Below, piece by piece: positions 7,653 through 17,300 of a stretch of 29,041 bases of DNA (the stretch's first letter is position 1; the number at the start of each line of letters is the position of its first letter). This DNA comes from a virus (lineage: Duplodnaviria; Caudoviricetes): IMG/VR virus record IMGVR_UViG_3300038674_000077, positions 1 to 29,041 of that record. One strand, 5' to 3'. The notes under the pieces are model-generated. The model worked only from the letters and a program-made list of their open reading frames with translations. It had not been told where the DNA came from and ran no database searches. Position numbers and translations under genes: made by a program.

Positions 7653-9773
7653 ATGGATGCAAACGAAATAAGAAAATGGCATAACACTTTCAAACGTAAG
7701 GATGAATTGTTTGAAATACGCATATTGGGTGATAGAACTTGGAGCGGTTATTTCTATGACGTAGAAACCGCAATAAAGGCACTTGAACCGTTTGATAATG
7801 CGAATATTTACTATTCTATCAACGAAGTAAAGAATGCTTGTGCAAGTAGAGACCAATTTAATTGCTTTAGGCAAGTTAAGGGAACAGCAACGAGCAAGCA
7901 AGATATAGAACATCGTTGGTGGTTGCCTATTGACATTGATTGCGAACGTCCAAGCGGAGTTTCATCTACGAACGAAGAAAAGGCAAAGGCGCATAAGAAA
8001 GCGCAAGATGTTTTTGTTTTCTTGCGTGATAACAAGTTTGCCACACCAATTGTTTGTGATTCGTCAAGTGGGTATCATATCTTATATCCTATTGATATGG
8101 ATAATACGCAAGAAATCGAAGATTGCATAAAGACTTTTCTTGAAATTCTTGCTAACAATTTTACCGACGAAAGCGTAAAAATAGATACCGTATTGCACGA
8201 CGCAAACCGAATATTGCGATTGTCTGGAACATACGGGCGCAAAGGCCGTTCTACAGATGAACGACCTCACCGTTTGGCTAAGATACTTTCCGTACCAAGC
8301 GAAATAAAGCGTATGGGCATTGAACAAATCAAGGCTTTTAACGCAAAATACGCCATTAAGGTAGAACAACCACAAAGACGGCAATTTCAAGGTTCACAAA
8401 ACGAACAATTCAATCTAAGGGATTTTATTGCAAAGTACGGTATTAAAATCGCAAAGGAAATACCTATTAGTAGTGGTGGTACAAAGTTTGTACTTGAAGA
8501 ATGCCCGTTTGACCCACAACACAAAGCCCCCGATTCCGCTTTGTTTGAAATGCCTAACGGAAGTATTGCTTTCAAGTGTTTTCACAATTCATGTAGTCAG
8601 CATGATTGGCGTGCGTTTAGATTGCATTTCGACCCACACGCATACGACCACGAAAACGAACCAAGACAGCAATATCATCAACAACAAGCGTTTCAACAAA
8701 AGACATACCCACCAAACAAAAAGTACGAGATTAAAGAAGAAATTCCCGAACTTGGAGAAAAATGGTTATCCATGTCATCTATAAAAAAAGTGGATTTGTC
8801 AAAGTTGGAACATTATGCTACTGGCTTTACCGAACTTGACAAAAACATAATCGGTCTTTATATGTCCGAAGTAACCATATTATCGGGTAGTAACGCAAGT
8901 GGTAAATCATCGTGGTTGAATACATTATTGCTAAATATAATACAACAAGGAGCAAAGGTTGCGCTATGGTCAGGAGAATTACGGCCAGACATTCTTAAAA
9001 CGTGGGTGCAAATGGTTGCGGCAGGAAAGAATAATCTACGACAATCAACGTATGGTGACGGAAAATATTATGTGCCGAACAATATAGCCGAACGTATAGA
9101 CCAATGGTTAGACGGAAAGTTTTTCTTGTACAACAACGATTACGGGGCAAAATGGCAACAAATCTTTCACGATATGGAATTGTTGTTAAAGGCTGGTGTA
9201 AAAGTATTTGCTTTGGATAATTTGTTTAGCCTTGATATTGACATTCTTGATGGTGACAAGAACAGCAAACAACGTGAATTGATTTTGCAAATAAAGGACT
9301 TTGCTAAAAAGAACCAAGTCCACATTATATTGGTTGCACACCCTAGGAAAGTGACCACGTTCCTTAGAAAAAACGATATAAGCGGAACATCTGATTTGCA
9401 AAATGCGGTTGACAAAATATTTATAATCCATCGTGTGAATAATGACTTTTTCCGTGCTGGTGCGGAGTTTTTCGGGCAAAGCGAAATCCAGCGTTTTCAA
9501 GGTTTCGGAAATGTCATTGAAGTGTGCAAAGAAAGACTTTATGGTGTTGTTGATTTGATGGTAGGTATGCAATATGAAATCGAAAGCCGCCGTTTTAAGA
9601 ACGATGTAAACGAAAACGTGCAATATGGATGGGAAATAGAACCTACGCAAAGCACCATGACGTTTGATGAACCGCCAAAGCCGCCATATAATGCCGAATG
9701 GAACTACCGTAACAACGATCCAAACGAAGATATGCCGTTTGGTGCGCCGTCAGACGATACAGCCCCGTTTTGA
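7653..9773 (+). CDS. AEP-type primase fused to SF4 (DnaB/T7 gp4-like) helicase
   Basis: IDID, SSSGYH, LRLSGT primase motifs; CPF..H..CFHNSC zinc site; Walker A SGSNASGKSS, Walker B ALDNL, VAHPRK, DISGTSD. Confidence 0.88.
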   Translation: MDANEIRKWHNTFKRKDELFEIRILGDRTWSGYFYDVETAIKALEPFDNANIYYSINEVKNACASRDQFNCFRQVKGTATSKQDIEHRWWLPIDIDCERPSGVSSTNEEKAKAHKKAQDVFVFLRDNKFATPIVCDSSSGYHILYPIDMDNTQEIEDCIKTFLEILANNFTDESVKIDTVLHDANRILRLSGTYGRKGRSTDERPHRLAKILSVPSEIKRMGIEQIKAFNAKYAIKVEQPQRRQFQGSQNEQFNLRDFIAKYGIKIAKEIPISSGGTKFVLEECPFDPQHKAPDSALFEMPNGSIAFKCFHNSCSQHDWRAFRLHFDPHAYDHENEPRQQYHQQQAFQQKTYPPNKKYEIKEEIPELGEKWLSMSSIKKVDLSKLEHYATGFTELDKNIIGLYMSEVTILSGSNASGKSSWLNTLLLNIIQQGAKVALWSGELRPDILKTWVQMVAAGKNNLRQSTYGDGKYYVPNNIAERIDQWLDGKFFLYNNDYGAKWQQIFHDMELLLKAGVKVFALDNLFSLDIDILDGDKNSKQRELILQIKDFAKKNQVHIILVAHPRKVTTFLRKNDISGTSDLQNAVDKIFIIHRVNNDFFRAGAEFFGQSEIQRFQGFGNVIEVCKERLYGVVDLMVGMQYEIESRRFKNDVNENVQYGWEIEPTQSTMTFDEPPKPPYNAEWNYRNNDPNEDMPFGAPSDDTAPF

Positions 9774-9810
9774 TATATTAACATAATAAAACTTAAAAGA
9801 TAGTGTGAAA

Positions 9811-9842
9811 TTTGGAATATTCAAAAATTAGCACTATCTTTG
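9811..9842 (+). promoter_or_regulatory. Bacteroidota sigma-A type promoter
   Basis: TTTG-N20-TATCTTTG followed by CA. Confidence 0.8.
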
Positions 9843-9904
9843 CACCGAATTTCAAATAATAATTAGTTTATTCACTTATTAAAAATATTAAAAACAAAAC
9901 ATTT

Positions 9905-10462
9905 ATGAAAGCAACAAAGAATTTTAAGGCACTTGAAAACGTGTTTAACGACTGTTCAAACATGGGTGATACGCTTTTCGCCATTTATGGTGTCAATGGC
10001 GCATCGGAAAGCAAGAAAGGTGGCCAACTGATTTTTACGGGCGACCCCGAGGTGATTGCCGGCGGAATGGTGCAAATCATTCGCAAGTCTTTGGCCGAGG
10101 ATGCCGATAATGGTAGCATGACAATTGCAAACGCATTGTTGAACACTATCGTCACCGTGCTCGCACCGAAAGACGCTATCTCGTTGCAGTTCGCAGAACT
10201 TTTGAAAGAGGCCTTGAAAGATGCCATTGATACTGCGGCCAAGGAAATCAAGAAACGTGCCGACGAGTCAATTCCTGCACCTCCAGACGATTTCGACCCC
10301 AAGTCAAAGGATTGCCAAGAGTGTGAGGACTTTGCCGATTGTCTTATGCAAGCACTTATTTACCAAGCCGTAAAGCGCGGTATCGATATGATTACCATTC
10401 CAACCAACGGCAAGGGCAAGGCGCGTAAGACCAATAAGGCCAGAAAGAAGGACGAAAAGTAA
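9905..10462 (+). CDS. Hypothetical protein with C-terminal CxxC..C motif
   Basis: 185 aa ORF downstream of a promoter; CQECEDFADC; basic tail. Confidence 0.75.
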   Translation: MKATKNFKALENVFNDCSNMGDTLFAIYGVNGASESKKGGQLIFTGDPEVIAGGMVQIIRKSLAEDADNGSMTIANALLNTIVTVLAPKDAISLQFAELLKEALKDAIDTAAKEIKKRADESIPAPPDDFDPKSKDCQECEDFADCLMQALIYQAVKRGIDMITIPTNGKGKARKTNKARKKDEK

Positions 10463-10466
10463 GTCT

Positions 10467-10889
10467 TTGACATGGATATGCCGGAACTATACATTAAAAA
10501 AAGAAAATGGCCGTTACGAAAGGTGGCGCGAACCAGAGCCTCATTTCGATAACGCTTTATACCGTAAATATGTCTATGGGAAAAAGGTGTATTACAATCC
10601 CGTTTCCATGTTAATTGAAAAAGAATTGGATGAAGGCGTTTGGGTAATCACTAAGCATCTATATGGCAAGAACTATTCTACTGGACATTATCTCCGTGAC
10701 TGTTTCATGTGCCAAAAGGCCAGCGACATCCAAGAAACACCATTATCAAAACTTGGAGGCATGGATAAACTTGCCGATTGGCTTTCAAACAATTGGGATA
10801 AATTGCCAAAGAAAACGTCGCAATACGACTTTTGCCGTGCTATTGTAGGGATATTGATGGAATACGAAAAAGAAAAAAATGGAAAGTAG
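10467..10889 (+). CDS. Hypothetical protein
   Basis: 140 aa, TTG start, tightly packed between neighbours. Confidence 0.65.
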   Translation: MTWICRNYTLKKENGRYERWREPEPHFDNALYRKYVYGKKVYYNPVSMLIEKELDEGVWVITKHLYGKNYSTGHYLRDCFMCQKASDIQETPLSKLGGMDKLADWLSNNWDKLPKKTSQYDFCRAIVGILMEYEKEKNGK

Positions 10890-11157
10890 TAATGTTGATA
10901 AGTTTAGCGAAATCCTTTTGGAAATGCGCGAAACGTATGAAAAGAAAAATAGCGACTATGGAAATAGTTTTGCTGAAACAATACAGGAGTTTGGGTTTAT
11001 ACCAGCAGTTGCACGCATAAACGACAAGGTTAAGCGTATGAAGAATATAGTCAAAGGGCAAAAGATGAATATCAAAAACGAAAGCCTACGTGATGCAATT
11101 CTTGATACAAGTGTTTATTGCATTCTAACTATCATGGAATTGGATAATCAAAAATAA
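10879..11157 (+). CDS. DUF1599 (nucleotide-modification-associated domain) protein
   Basis: TYEKKNSDYGNSF, RINDKVKR, ESLRDAILDTSVYCIL. Confidence 0.85.
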   Translation: MESSNVDKFSEILLEMRETYEKKNSDYGNSFAETIQEFGFIPAVARINDKVKRMKNIVKGQKMNIKNESLRDAILDTSVYCILTIMELDNQK

Positions 11158-11159
11158 AG

Positions 11160-11250
11160 CGTTCTAAGCGCATGAAATTGCAAAAAGGTATAACTTATCG
11201 TCTTTTGCGTTTTGTGCGTTTAGAACGAATAAAAACCGGCTTAAATCAAA
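11160..11250 (+). repeat. Long hairpin, dispersed element copy 3
   Basis: CGTTCTAAGCGCATGAAA pairs with TTTTGTGCGTTTAGAACG (18 bp including G-U), then GCAAAA/TTTTGC; 3' AAAAACCGGCTTAAATCAAA resembles the 3' end of copy 1. Confidence 0.65.
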
Positions 11251-11254
11251 AGGT

Positions 11255-11485
11255 ATGGATTGTAATGCAAAATACATGAATGAACTATTTAAGGAAATGG
11301 CCGATTGGGATGCAAATAAACTAAAGTGTTGTAGGACTTGCGTACATAGAAAACGTTATGCGTTGAACGAATATTCGACAAAGGTTGTGCAATGTTGTGA
11401 ATTGCAACCGTCTAAACGTTCCAATAGCGGATTGAAAACAATAAGAGTTACCGATGTCGCTTGTAGGTTTTACAAAAGTGAATAA
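11255..11485 (+). CDS. Small Cys-rich protein
   Basis: CCRTCVH...CCE...ACRFY. Confidence 0.65.
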   Translation: MDCNAKYMNELFKEMADWDANKLKCCRTCVHRKRYALNEYSTKVVQCCELQPSKRSNSGLKTIRVTDVACRFYKSE

Positions 11486-11487
11486 CC

Positions 11488-11889
11488 ATGAATAGATTTA
11501 TATTACAAGGCTTTATAAACACCATCAAGTATTTACCAGATGCTTGTGTTGTGCATATAGATGATTTCAAAAAAGGTTATAAAAAACCAAACGGAGAAAT
11601 CGTTGATGATAAGTATTTCTCTTGGAAAATAATATTCAAAGGGTACTTTAAAAAATATATCAACGAGCATTTTTCAAACGGAATGTTGGTTGAAATAGAC
11701 GCAGAAATGTACCCTTATGCAATACAAAACGGAAAACTTATAGAGGGATATTCTTGTTTGGGCAAGAGTATTGATATAAGCTCTTATCCACGTGCAAGCG
11801 TGAAACAAGAAAACAAGATGATTAAGGAAAGCCAAATGCACGATACATCGACACCCAATCTTGATGAATACAACAAACCAGATTTTTAG
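11488..11889 (+). CDS. Probable single-stranded DNA-binding (OB-fold) protein
   Basis: MNRFILQG start, HFSNGMLVEIDAEM (SSB-like KGxxVxVxG), acidic tail ending PDF. Confidence 0.55.
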   Translation: MNRFILQGFINTIKYLPDACVVHIDDFKKGYKKPNGEIVDDKYFSWKIIFKGYFKKYINEHFSNGMLVEIDAEMYPYAIQNGKLIEGYSCLGKSIDISSYPRASVKQENKMIKESQMHDTSTPNLDEYNKPDF

Positions 11890-11932
11890 TGTTATATAAC
11901 CCAAATATTTAACTTAAAAAAATTACGTAATC

Positions 11933-12409
11933 ATGAGTTCAAAAATAGACACGGAGCAAACCATTCAAACCATCAAAGGCGACAACCAAGAGTTGATGAA
12001 GGAAAAAGCCTCGTTGAAACGTCAAATCGGTGGCTTTAAGACATCGAATGACCGTTACAAGAAACATGCCAAGAACGATGCCCTTTATGTCAAGTCTTTG
12101 CAGAATGACCTTGAAAAGTGCAAGAAAGAAGCACAGGATGATGTCAGCCGCATCATGGCTCATGCAAAGGAGGCCGACGAAATGAACGAAAAGAAAGCCG
12201 AACAAATCGCAAGCCTTAACGCTACCGTTAAGGAAAAAGACCACGTGATTGCTGGCCTTAAATCGAAAATCGCCGAACTTAACAAGCGCATCGCCAACAA
12301 CGAAAAGAACATTCAAGACCTTACGGGCGAGCGTGACGTTGCCATCGCAAACTATGAATATGTTTGTGGGTTGCCTTGGTATCAAAGAATGTTCTTCAAA
12401 GTCAAGTAA
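11933..12409 (+). CDS. Coiled-coil protein
   Basis: Heptad-like charged composition; C-terminal LPWYQRMF. Confidence 0.75.
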   Translation: MSSKIDTEQTIQTIKGDNQELMKEKASLKRQIGGFKTSNDRYKKHAKNDALYVKSLQNDLEKCKKEAQDDVSRIMAHAKEADEMNEKKAEQIASLNATVKEKDHVIAGLKSKIAELNKRIANNEKNIQDLTGERDVAIANYEYVCGLPWYQRMFFKVK

Positions 12410-12442
12410 AATCTTTGTTGTTAAAATTGCCATAAATGTTAA

Positions 12443-12489
12443 GTGGTCACTATCCTCGCGGACGGTGGCCACATTTCTTTTCGCTTTTG
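12443..12489 (+). terminator. Intrinsic terminator between convergent arms
   Basis: GTGGTCACT/GGTGGCCAC stem, inner TCC-TCGC-GGA, T-rich tail. Confidence 0.75.
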
Positions 12490-12550
12490 TTTGTTTGGAA
12501 TCTGAATTTTACGCAAAAAGAAATTTAGAAAAATTTTAAACCGATAAATC

Positions 12551-13036
12551 TTATGTTGTTGGTGCGTCAAGACAATGCAAGGTAATAGTACCCATCATGT
12601 ATGAATCGATACCCCTACCAAGTTTTTGCGTCGTGGGCTTGTATTCTTTCAAGCAAACACAATGCACATACTTGTTACCCATGTAAGCGGATTTTATCCA
12701 CACGTCCGAATTGGTCATGTAGTTTACAAAGCCGTCATGTTGCGTCAATACGTTAATCGTAGATGAAGCGTATTTTTGCTTTACGATAAACGTTATTTCA
12801 ATATCAGTGTTCTCGCGGATAACGACGGGGTTATTGCTACCGTCTAAAGTCGTAATCAAAAAGTCCTCCGCTTGGTTGTTCACCCATTGCGCCGTATAGA
12901 CGTTCACTGGTTTTCCCTTTGCATTGAACCCATCGACTTTCAACACGGCCACGCCGTCAAACAACGTGGTAATATCCGCGAAAGTACCGTTTTCCGTATT
13001 TTTAGCGTAATAACGCCCACTTGATTTATTTGCCAT
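12551..13036 (-). CDS. Putative distal tail (Dit-like) protein
   Basis: 161 aa beta-rich ORF downstream of the tape measure gene; positional call. Confidence 0.5.
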   Translation of the reverse strand: MANKSSGRYYAKNTENGTFADITTLFDGVAVLKVDGFNAKGKPVNVYTAQWVNNQAEDFLITTLDGSNNPVVIRENTDIEITFIVKQKYASSTINVLTQHDGFVNYMTNSDVWIKSAYMGNKYVHCVCLKEYKPTTQKLGRGIDSYMMGTITLHCLDAPTT

Positions 13037-13042
13037 AGCCTA

Positions 13043-13621
13043 TTATAGTTTTAATTGTTTATCGAACACTTTAACATCGGCAAGGCAATACTTTCCAAGT
13101 TCAACTTGCGCCTTATCCGAATATTTGTATATCACCACCTTGCTATCCTCGTCGGCATCGTCAATCGCTACCTTGCTATCATCGAACAAATAGATGTGCG
13201 GACAATTATATCCGTCACACGTGATATGAATTGTAGAACTATTGCTAACGTAAAGTATAGGACACTTTGTTTTTGGTATTGTTACATCTACACTATCACA
13301 CCAAAGGAATTGCGCAACGTCTGACACTATTTTAAAGCCCGTAGGAGCATCAATATACATTGTAAAGGAAAAACCATTAACGGTGTCGCAATCGTTGAAA
13401 ATACGGCCGTTTATGTAGTCCGAAAATTCGCGTTTGCAATAATCCTTTGTTAACCCTTTGCCACGATAACAAAAATCAGCAAAGTACGGTGCAGATTGTT
13501 GCATTAGCACCAATCGCATTAACTTTTCTTTGTCATCATGGCAAGCCGCCCACTTGTTACTCCATTCTTTGCAAAGATTGGCAAGTAAAGCATTCTTTCT
13601 AAAATATAACATTTCATCCAT
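13043..13621 (-). CDS. Hypothetical protein with beta-helix-like C-terminus
   Basis: 192 aa; repeated short strand/turn units (LYVSNSSTIHI, YLFDDSKVAI, YSDKAQVEL). Confidence 0.7.
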   Translation of the reverse strand: MDEMLYFRKNALLANLCKEWSNKWAACHDDKEKLMRLVLMQQSAPYFADFCYRGKGLTKDYCKREFSDYINGRIFNDCDTVNGFSFTMYIDAPTGFKIVSDVAQFLWCDSVDVTIPKTKCPILYVSNSSTIHITCDGYNCPHIYLFDDSKVAIDDADEDSKVVIYKYSDKAQVELGKYCLADVKVFDKQLKL

Positions 13622-13625
13622 AATG

Positions 13626-14204
13626 TCAATCGTTAATTTCGACTTTATAATTTAAAAGTGCCTTATAAACCCTTTCTGTAATAAGGCCTCTTTTGTAATA
13701 TTCATCACCCAAAATTTTTACAATAACTTCTTTTTCTTTTTTGTATGCGTTAAACGCCTGTTCTTTTGTGTCGTATTTACCGAGGTATTGAATAACACCA
13801 CGAAAATTCACTTGTGCAACAAAAGAGCCTTTGTACCCATTAGTAACTCCAATAGGTAGGTTTCCTCGTTTTGAATTGTCTTTTATAAACAAAGAATTTA
13901 TTTCTTGTGGAACAAAACAACACGTATTTGGTGAGTAAATTTTGTTTCCTTTTACCAATATATCTTTGTCTAAATGATAGCGTTCGCAATATCCGTTATT
14001 GGGGTCGCTAAACCATTTTTCAAAGTTGCTAAACGTAAGCCATTCGTCACACACACAACATCCTCTGTATGTGGGCTTTTTGGCTAAATATCTTTCGCTG
14101 TAACAGCGTTCAAGCATACGAAACCATTTGTAATGTGCCGTTTGGTTTGAACTGGCTGTAGAATCATCTATACCAATTCCAAAGATTTTTTTCTTTGCTT
14201 TCAT
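13626..14204 (-). CDS. HNH-like endonuclease with AP2-like C-terminal domain
   Basis: WFRMLERCY, YRGCCVCDEWLTFSNF, LDKDIL..GNKIYSPNTCCFVP..IN, LPIGV, YLGKYDTKEQAFNAY; start re-called to ATG 14204 because the longer frame overlaps its promoter. Confidence 0.8.
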   Translation of the reverse strand: MKAKKKIFGIGIDDSTASSNQTAHYKWFRMLERCYSERYLAKKPTYRGCCVCDEWLTFSNFEKWFSDPNNGYCERYHLDKDILVKGNKIYSPNTCCFVPQEINSLFIKDNSKRGNLPIGVTNGYKGSFVAQVNFRGVIQYLGKYDTKEQAFNAYKKEKEVIVKILGDEYYKRGLITERVYKALLNYKVEIND

Positions 14205-14300
14205 ATCATCTACTCTTTTATAAAAATCTACCATTGAAAGTATGGAAGGGGCGGTAGATTTACCCCTTATCGGTTGGTGCCCAAACCAACCTATCCATAA
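14205..14300 (-). ncRNA. Candidate structured 5' leader RNA: three-way junction plus pseudoknot
   Basis: TATGG/CCATA, GGTTGG/CCAACC and AAGGGG/CCCCTT stems; loop AAATCTACC complementary to downstream GGTAGATTT. Confidence 0.6.
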
Positions 14301-14302
14301 TG

Positions 14303-14334
14303 CAAAGATACATATTATTCTAAACATACCCAAA
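14303..14334 (-). promoter_or_regulatory. Bacteroidota sigma-A type promoter for the HNH-AP2 gene
   Basis: Minus strand TTTG-N20-TATCTTTG followed by CA. Confidence 0.8.
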
Positions 14335-14348
14335 TCCTTTTAAGTAAT

Positions 14349-17300
14349 TCAACTAATAAGTTCCACCCTAATACCTTGTCCGCTTGGTGTAGTCCATCCT
14401 TCCATCATTGATTGCATTGATTGCATAACGATGTAGTTATTTTGTAACTGCAATAGCATTTGCGAGAACACCCCAAGTTGAACATCCATATCGAACGACA
14501 TTATTGTGTCACGAATTTGTACCAACAGGTTGTTTCTAAGATATGCTTGTTGTGACATACCATTGAGGTACGCTTCGACCGCAGATGCCGTTTCCTCGCT
14601 TACACCAGCAATGCCTTGCCGTAATGCCGACAAGTTCTTTTCTTGTTCAGAATTAACACCAAATGCTATTCCCAATGCTCCGTACAAATTGGCAAGGTCG
14701 TCGTTAATTTGCTCGGCAATAGACTTGTCGCCTATCAAGTTTTTCAATCGTTTTAATTCGTTCATTGTGATTTCTGGACCTCCTTCGGACGTTTCGTCCG
14801 TCAGTTTGTCAACCTCGTCAAAAATCTTTTGTAAGCGTTTGGAAACAAGATAAGATGCAACACTTTTTGCTATCATGTTGTCAATCATATCATCAAACTT
14901 TTCATTTAACGCATCCATCGTGTCACCACCTTGTCTCCATGCGTCAACCCATGTAGAAACAAAAGATTCCGCTGCGCTCTTTATGTCACCGCCAAGCAAC
15001 GTGGAAACGATGTCTTTTTTTAACTCGGCAATTTCAAGTTCCAAGTCTTGTATTGATTCTTGGTATTGCTTGATGGCATCATCGTTCCTATCCTTTGAAC
15101 GCTTTGATTTCTCGAGCTGCATTTGTCGTTTTAAATCCTCTAATTGTGCTTGCTTGTTTGCCACTTGTTCACGCCTTGCACGTAGTTCTTGTGCGCCCAT
15201 AGCGTTATTAACCACAGCATCCAATTCCTTGTAAGCCATGTTTAATTGCCTAACGGTTTCAACGGATTTTGCTATTTCTTTGTTGATACGCTTTGTTCGT
15301 GCGCTACCGTCACCAAATAGACTTGCAATGCCGTCACCAATGCCAGTAAACACATCAACAACGCCACCGACAACACCAAACACATTGCTACTTTGTGCGG
15401 ATGATGTGACTTTGCTTATGCCGTCACTTGCTTTTGCAAGACCATCAATCATACCGTCAATCTTGTGACCTAACAATGTTTCGCCCTTACTTGCATCAAC
15501 GCCGAACAATTCATTCATTTGGTCACGTAATTCTGCAAGCCCTTTCAGATTTTCTGCAACCATAGTGGCGGTTTGCGACAACTCTTCAAGTGCAAGTTTC
15601 TTTATAAGATTATACTTGTCCGCTTTCTTTTGGGCAGCGTCAAGTTGTTCCTTTAAAATTTGCAATATTTTACTCTCTCCATTTATTTCAATTTTAAGAA
15701 AATCAAGATAATTTTGAGAAGTGTTGTTGTTCGCTTTTGTTTGTTCGTATTTTTCTTTAAGTGCGGCAACGTTTTTCTCTTGCGCATCATATTCTTTTTG
15801 TGCATTCCTGAAAGCTTCATTAGCCGCTTTTCTGTCACCAGAAGTCTTGAGATAGTTCTTTAAGTCTTTTGTAAGCGTCTTAAATGGGCTGCGCTTTACA
15901 AGTTTTTGTTCCAACTTTTCATATTGGTTCATTACTTGCTTTAATTGCTCTGGCGTAAGGTCGTTCATCGAATCAATCAAGTCACGCAACCTATCACGCA
16001 TGTCACGAATCGTCTTTGTGGAAACGTAGTCCAAGTTCTCAAATATCATCGTGTAATAGCGTAAGTTCTTGAAATCATCAAACTTGACATTTGACTTTTC
16101 CTTTCTTGCACCTTCTTCGATTGCGTTCAACTTTGCAATATATTCTGGCCGTTGGCGCATCTCGTTAGTATAGTATGCGTCGTTAAGTTTCTTTATCTTT
16201 TCAAGTTTGTCAGCCTCAATTTCTGCAATCTTGTCGCTATAGTCACCGTATTTCTTAACGTAGTCGTCAAGAACCTTTTCGGTCTCGGTAATGTTCTTTT
16301 TGAACATGTCACGATACGATTTTTGTGCAGACACAAGCTCCTTGATTACAGCACCATCTTTGTCAATGCCAGTTGACTTTGCAAAACTATCAATATTACC
16401 CTCCATCAAGTCAAATGGTGTTGTAATATTCATTTCGGAAAGCGTTCTGTTGATAATAGTTTGTGCTCTATCAAGCGCATCGCCAAATGTTTTTGGCAAC
16501 GCACTTGTGTTGACTCCAAACATATCTGCAAACGTGTCGCCCAATTCGGGATTTGCGTCCAATTCGATAGCCAACTCGTACTCGTCCTTTATCTTTCCAA
16601 GTTCACTATTCAAACCGTCAGTGACTTTTTTCATGTCGTAGGTCTTTGCAGACACTTTCAATTCCTCGATAACACCATCCACAGCCTTCATACGTTCCAA
16701 ATTGCTCAAACCTTTGCTTTCAAGGATATTGCGCAATTCGGTGAAAACTGCAAGTATTTCGTGTGGGTTCTTGCCTAAGATATTTGAAAGTTCAATACGT
16801 GGCAAACCAAACTTTTGCAAGTCTTTGTTTAGTAAACGTAAAGTGCTACCGTATGCGTCTTGCATTGCGGCAATAGCATCGGCACTATTAACGCCAGACT
16901 TTGTAAGTTTGTCGTATTCCGATTGCAGTTTTTTTACAAAGCTTATTTCTTCTTTAAGAGCATCAAGAATATTGTCATTTTTTCTTCCTTTACTACCGCC
17001 GCTACGATTACGATTATTTTTTTTATTTCTATCTTCAAGTGCCTTTCTTTCCTCTTCGTATTGTTTTTGACGTGCAGCGGAAGCATACATCAAGCCACGT
17101 TCGTATGTTTGTTCTTGATTATAACCCTTTGCACGACCTCCGCTTTGTGCAATAGCAGTAAACCTTGCTGCAAGTTCTTGCAGTTTTGGCAAACTCATTT
17201 TTTGCATCCATTGCGGAGGCTTTTGCGCAGTTAATTTTAGGTCAAAGTTGATAACATGGTTTTCTTGTGCAAGTTTTACTATTTCGTAGACACGGTTATA

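Noticed and set aside
14205-14333. N-terminal extension of the HNH-AP2 ORF resembling a signal peptide
   Set aside because: The region is the gene's promoter and structured leader; ATG 14204 is the better start
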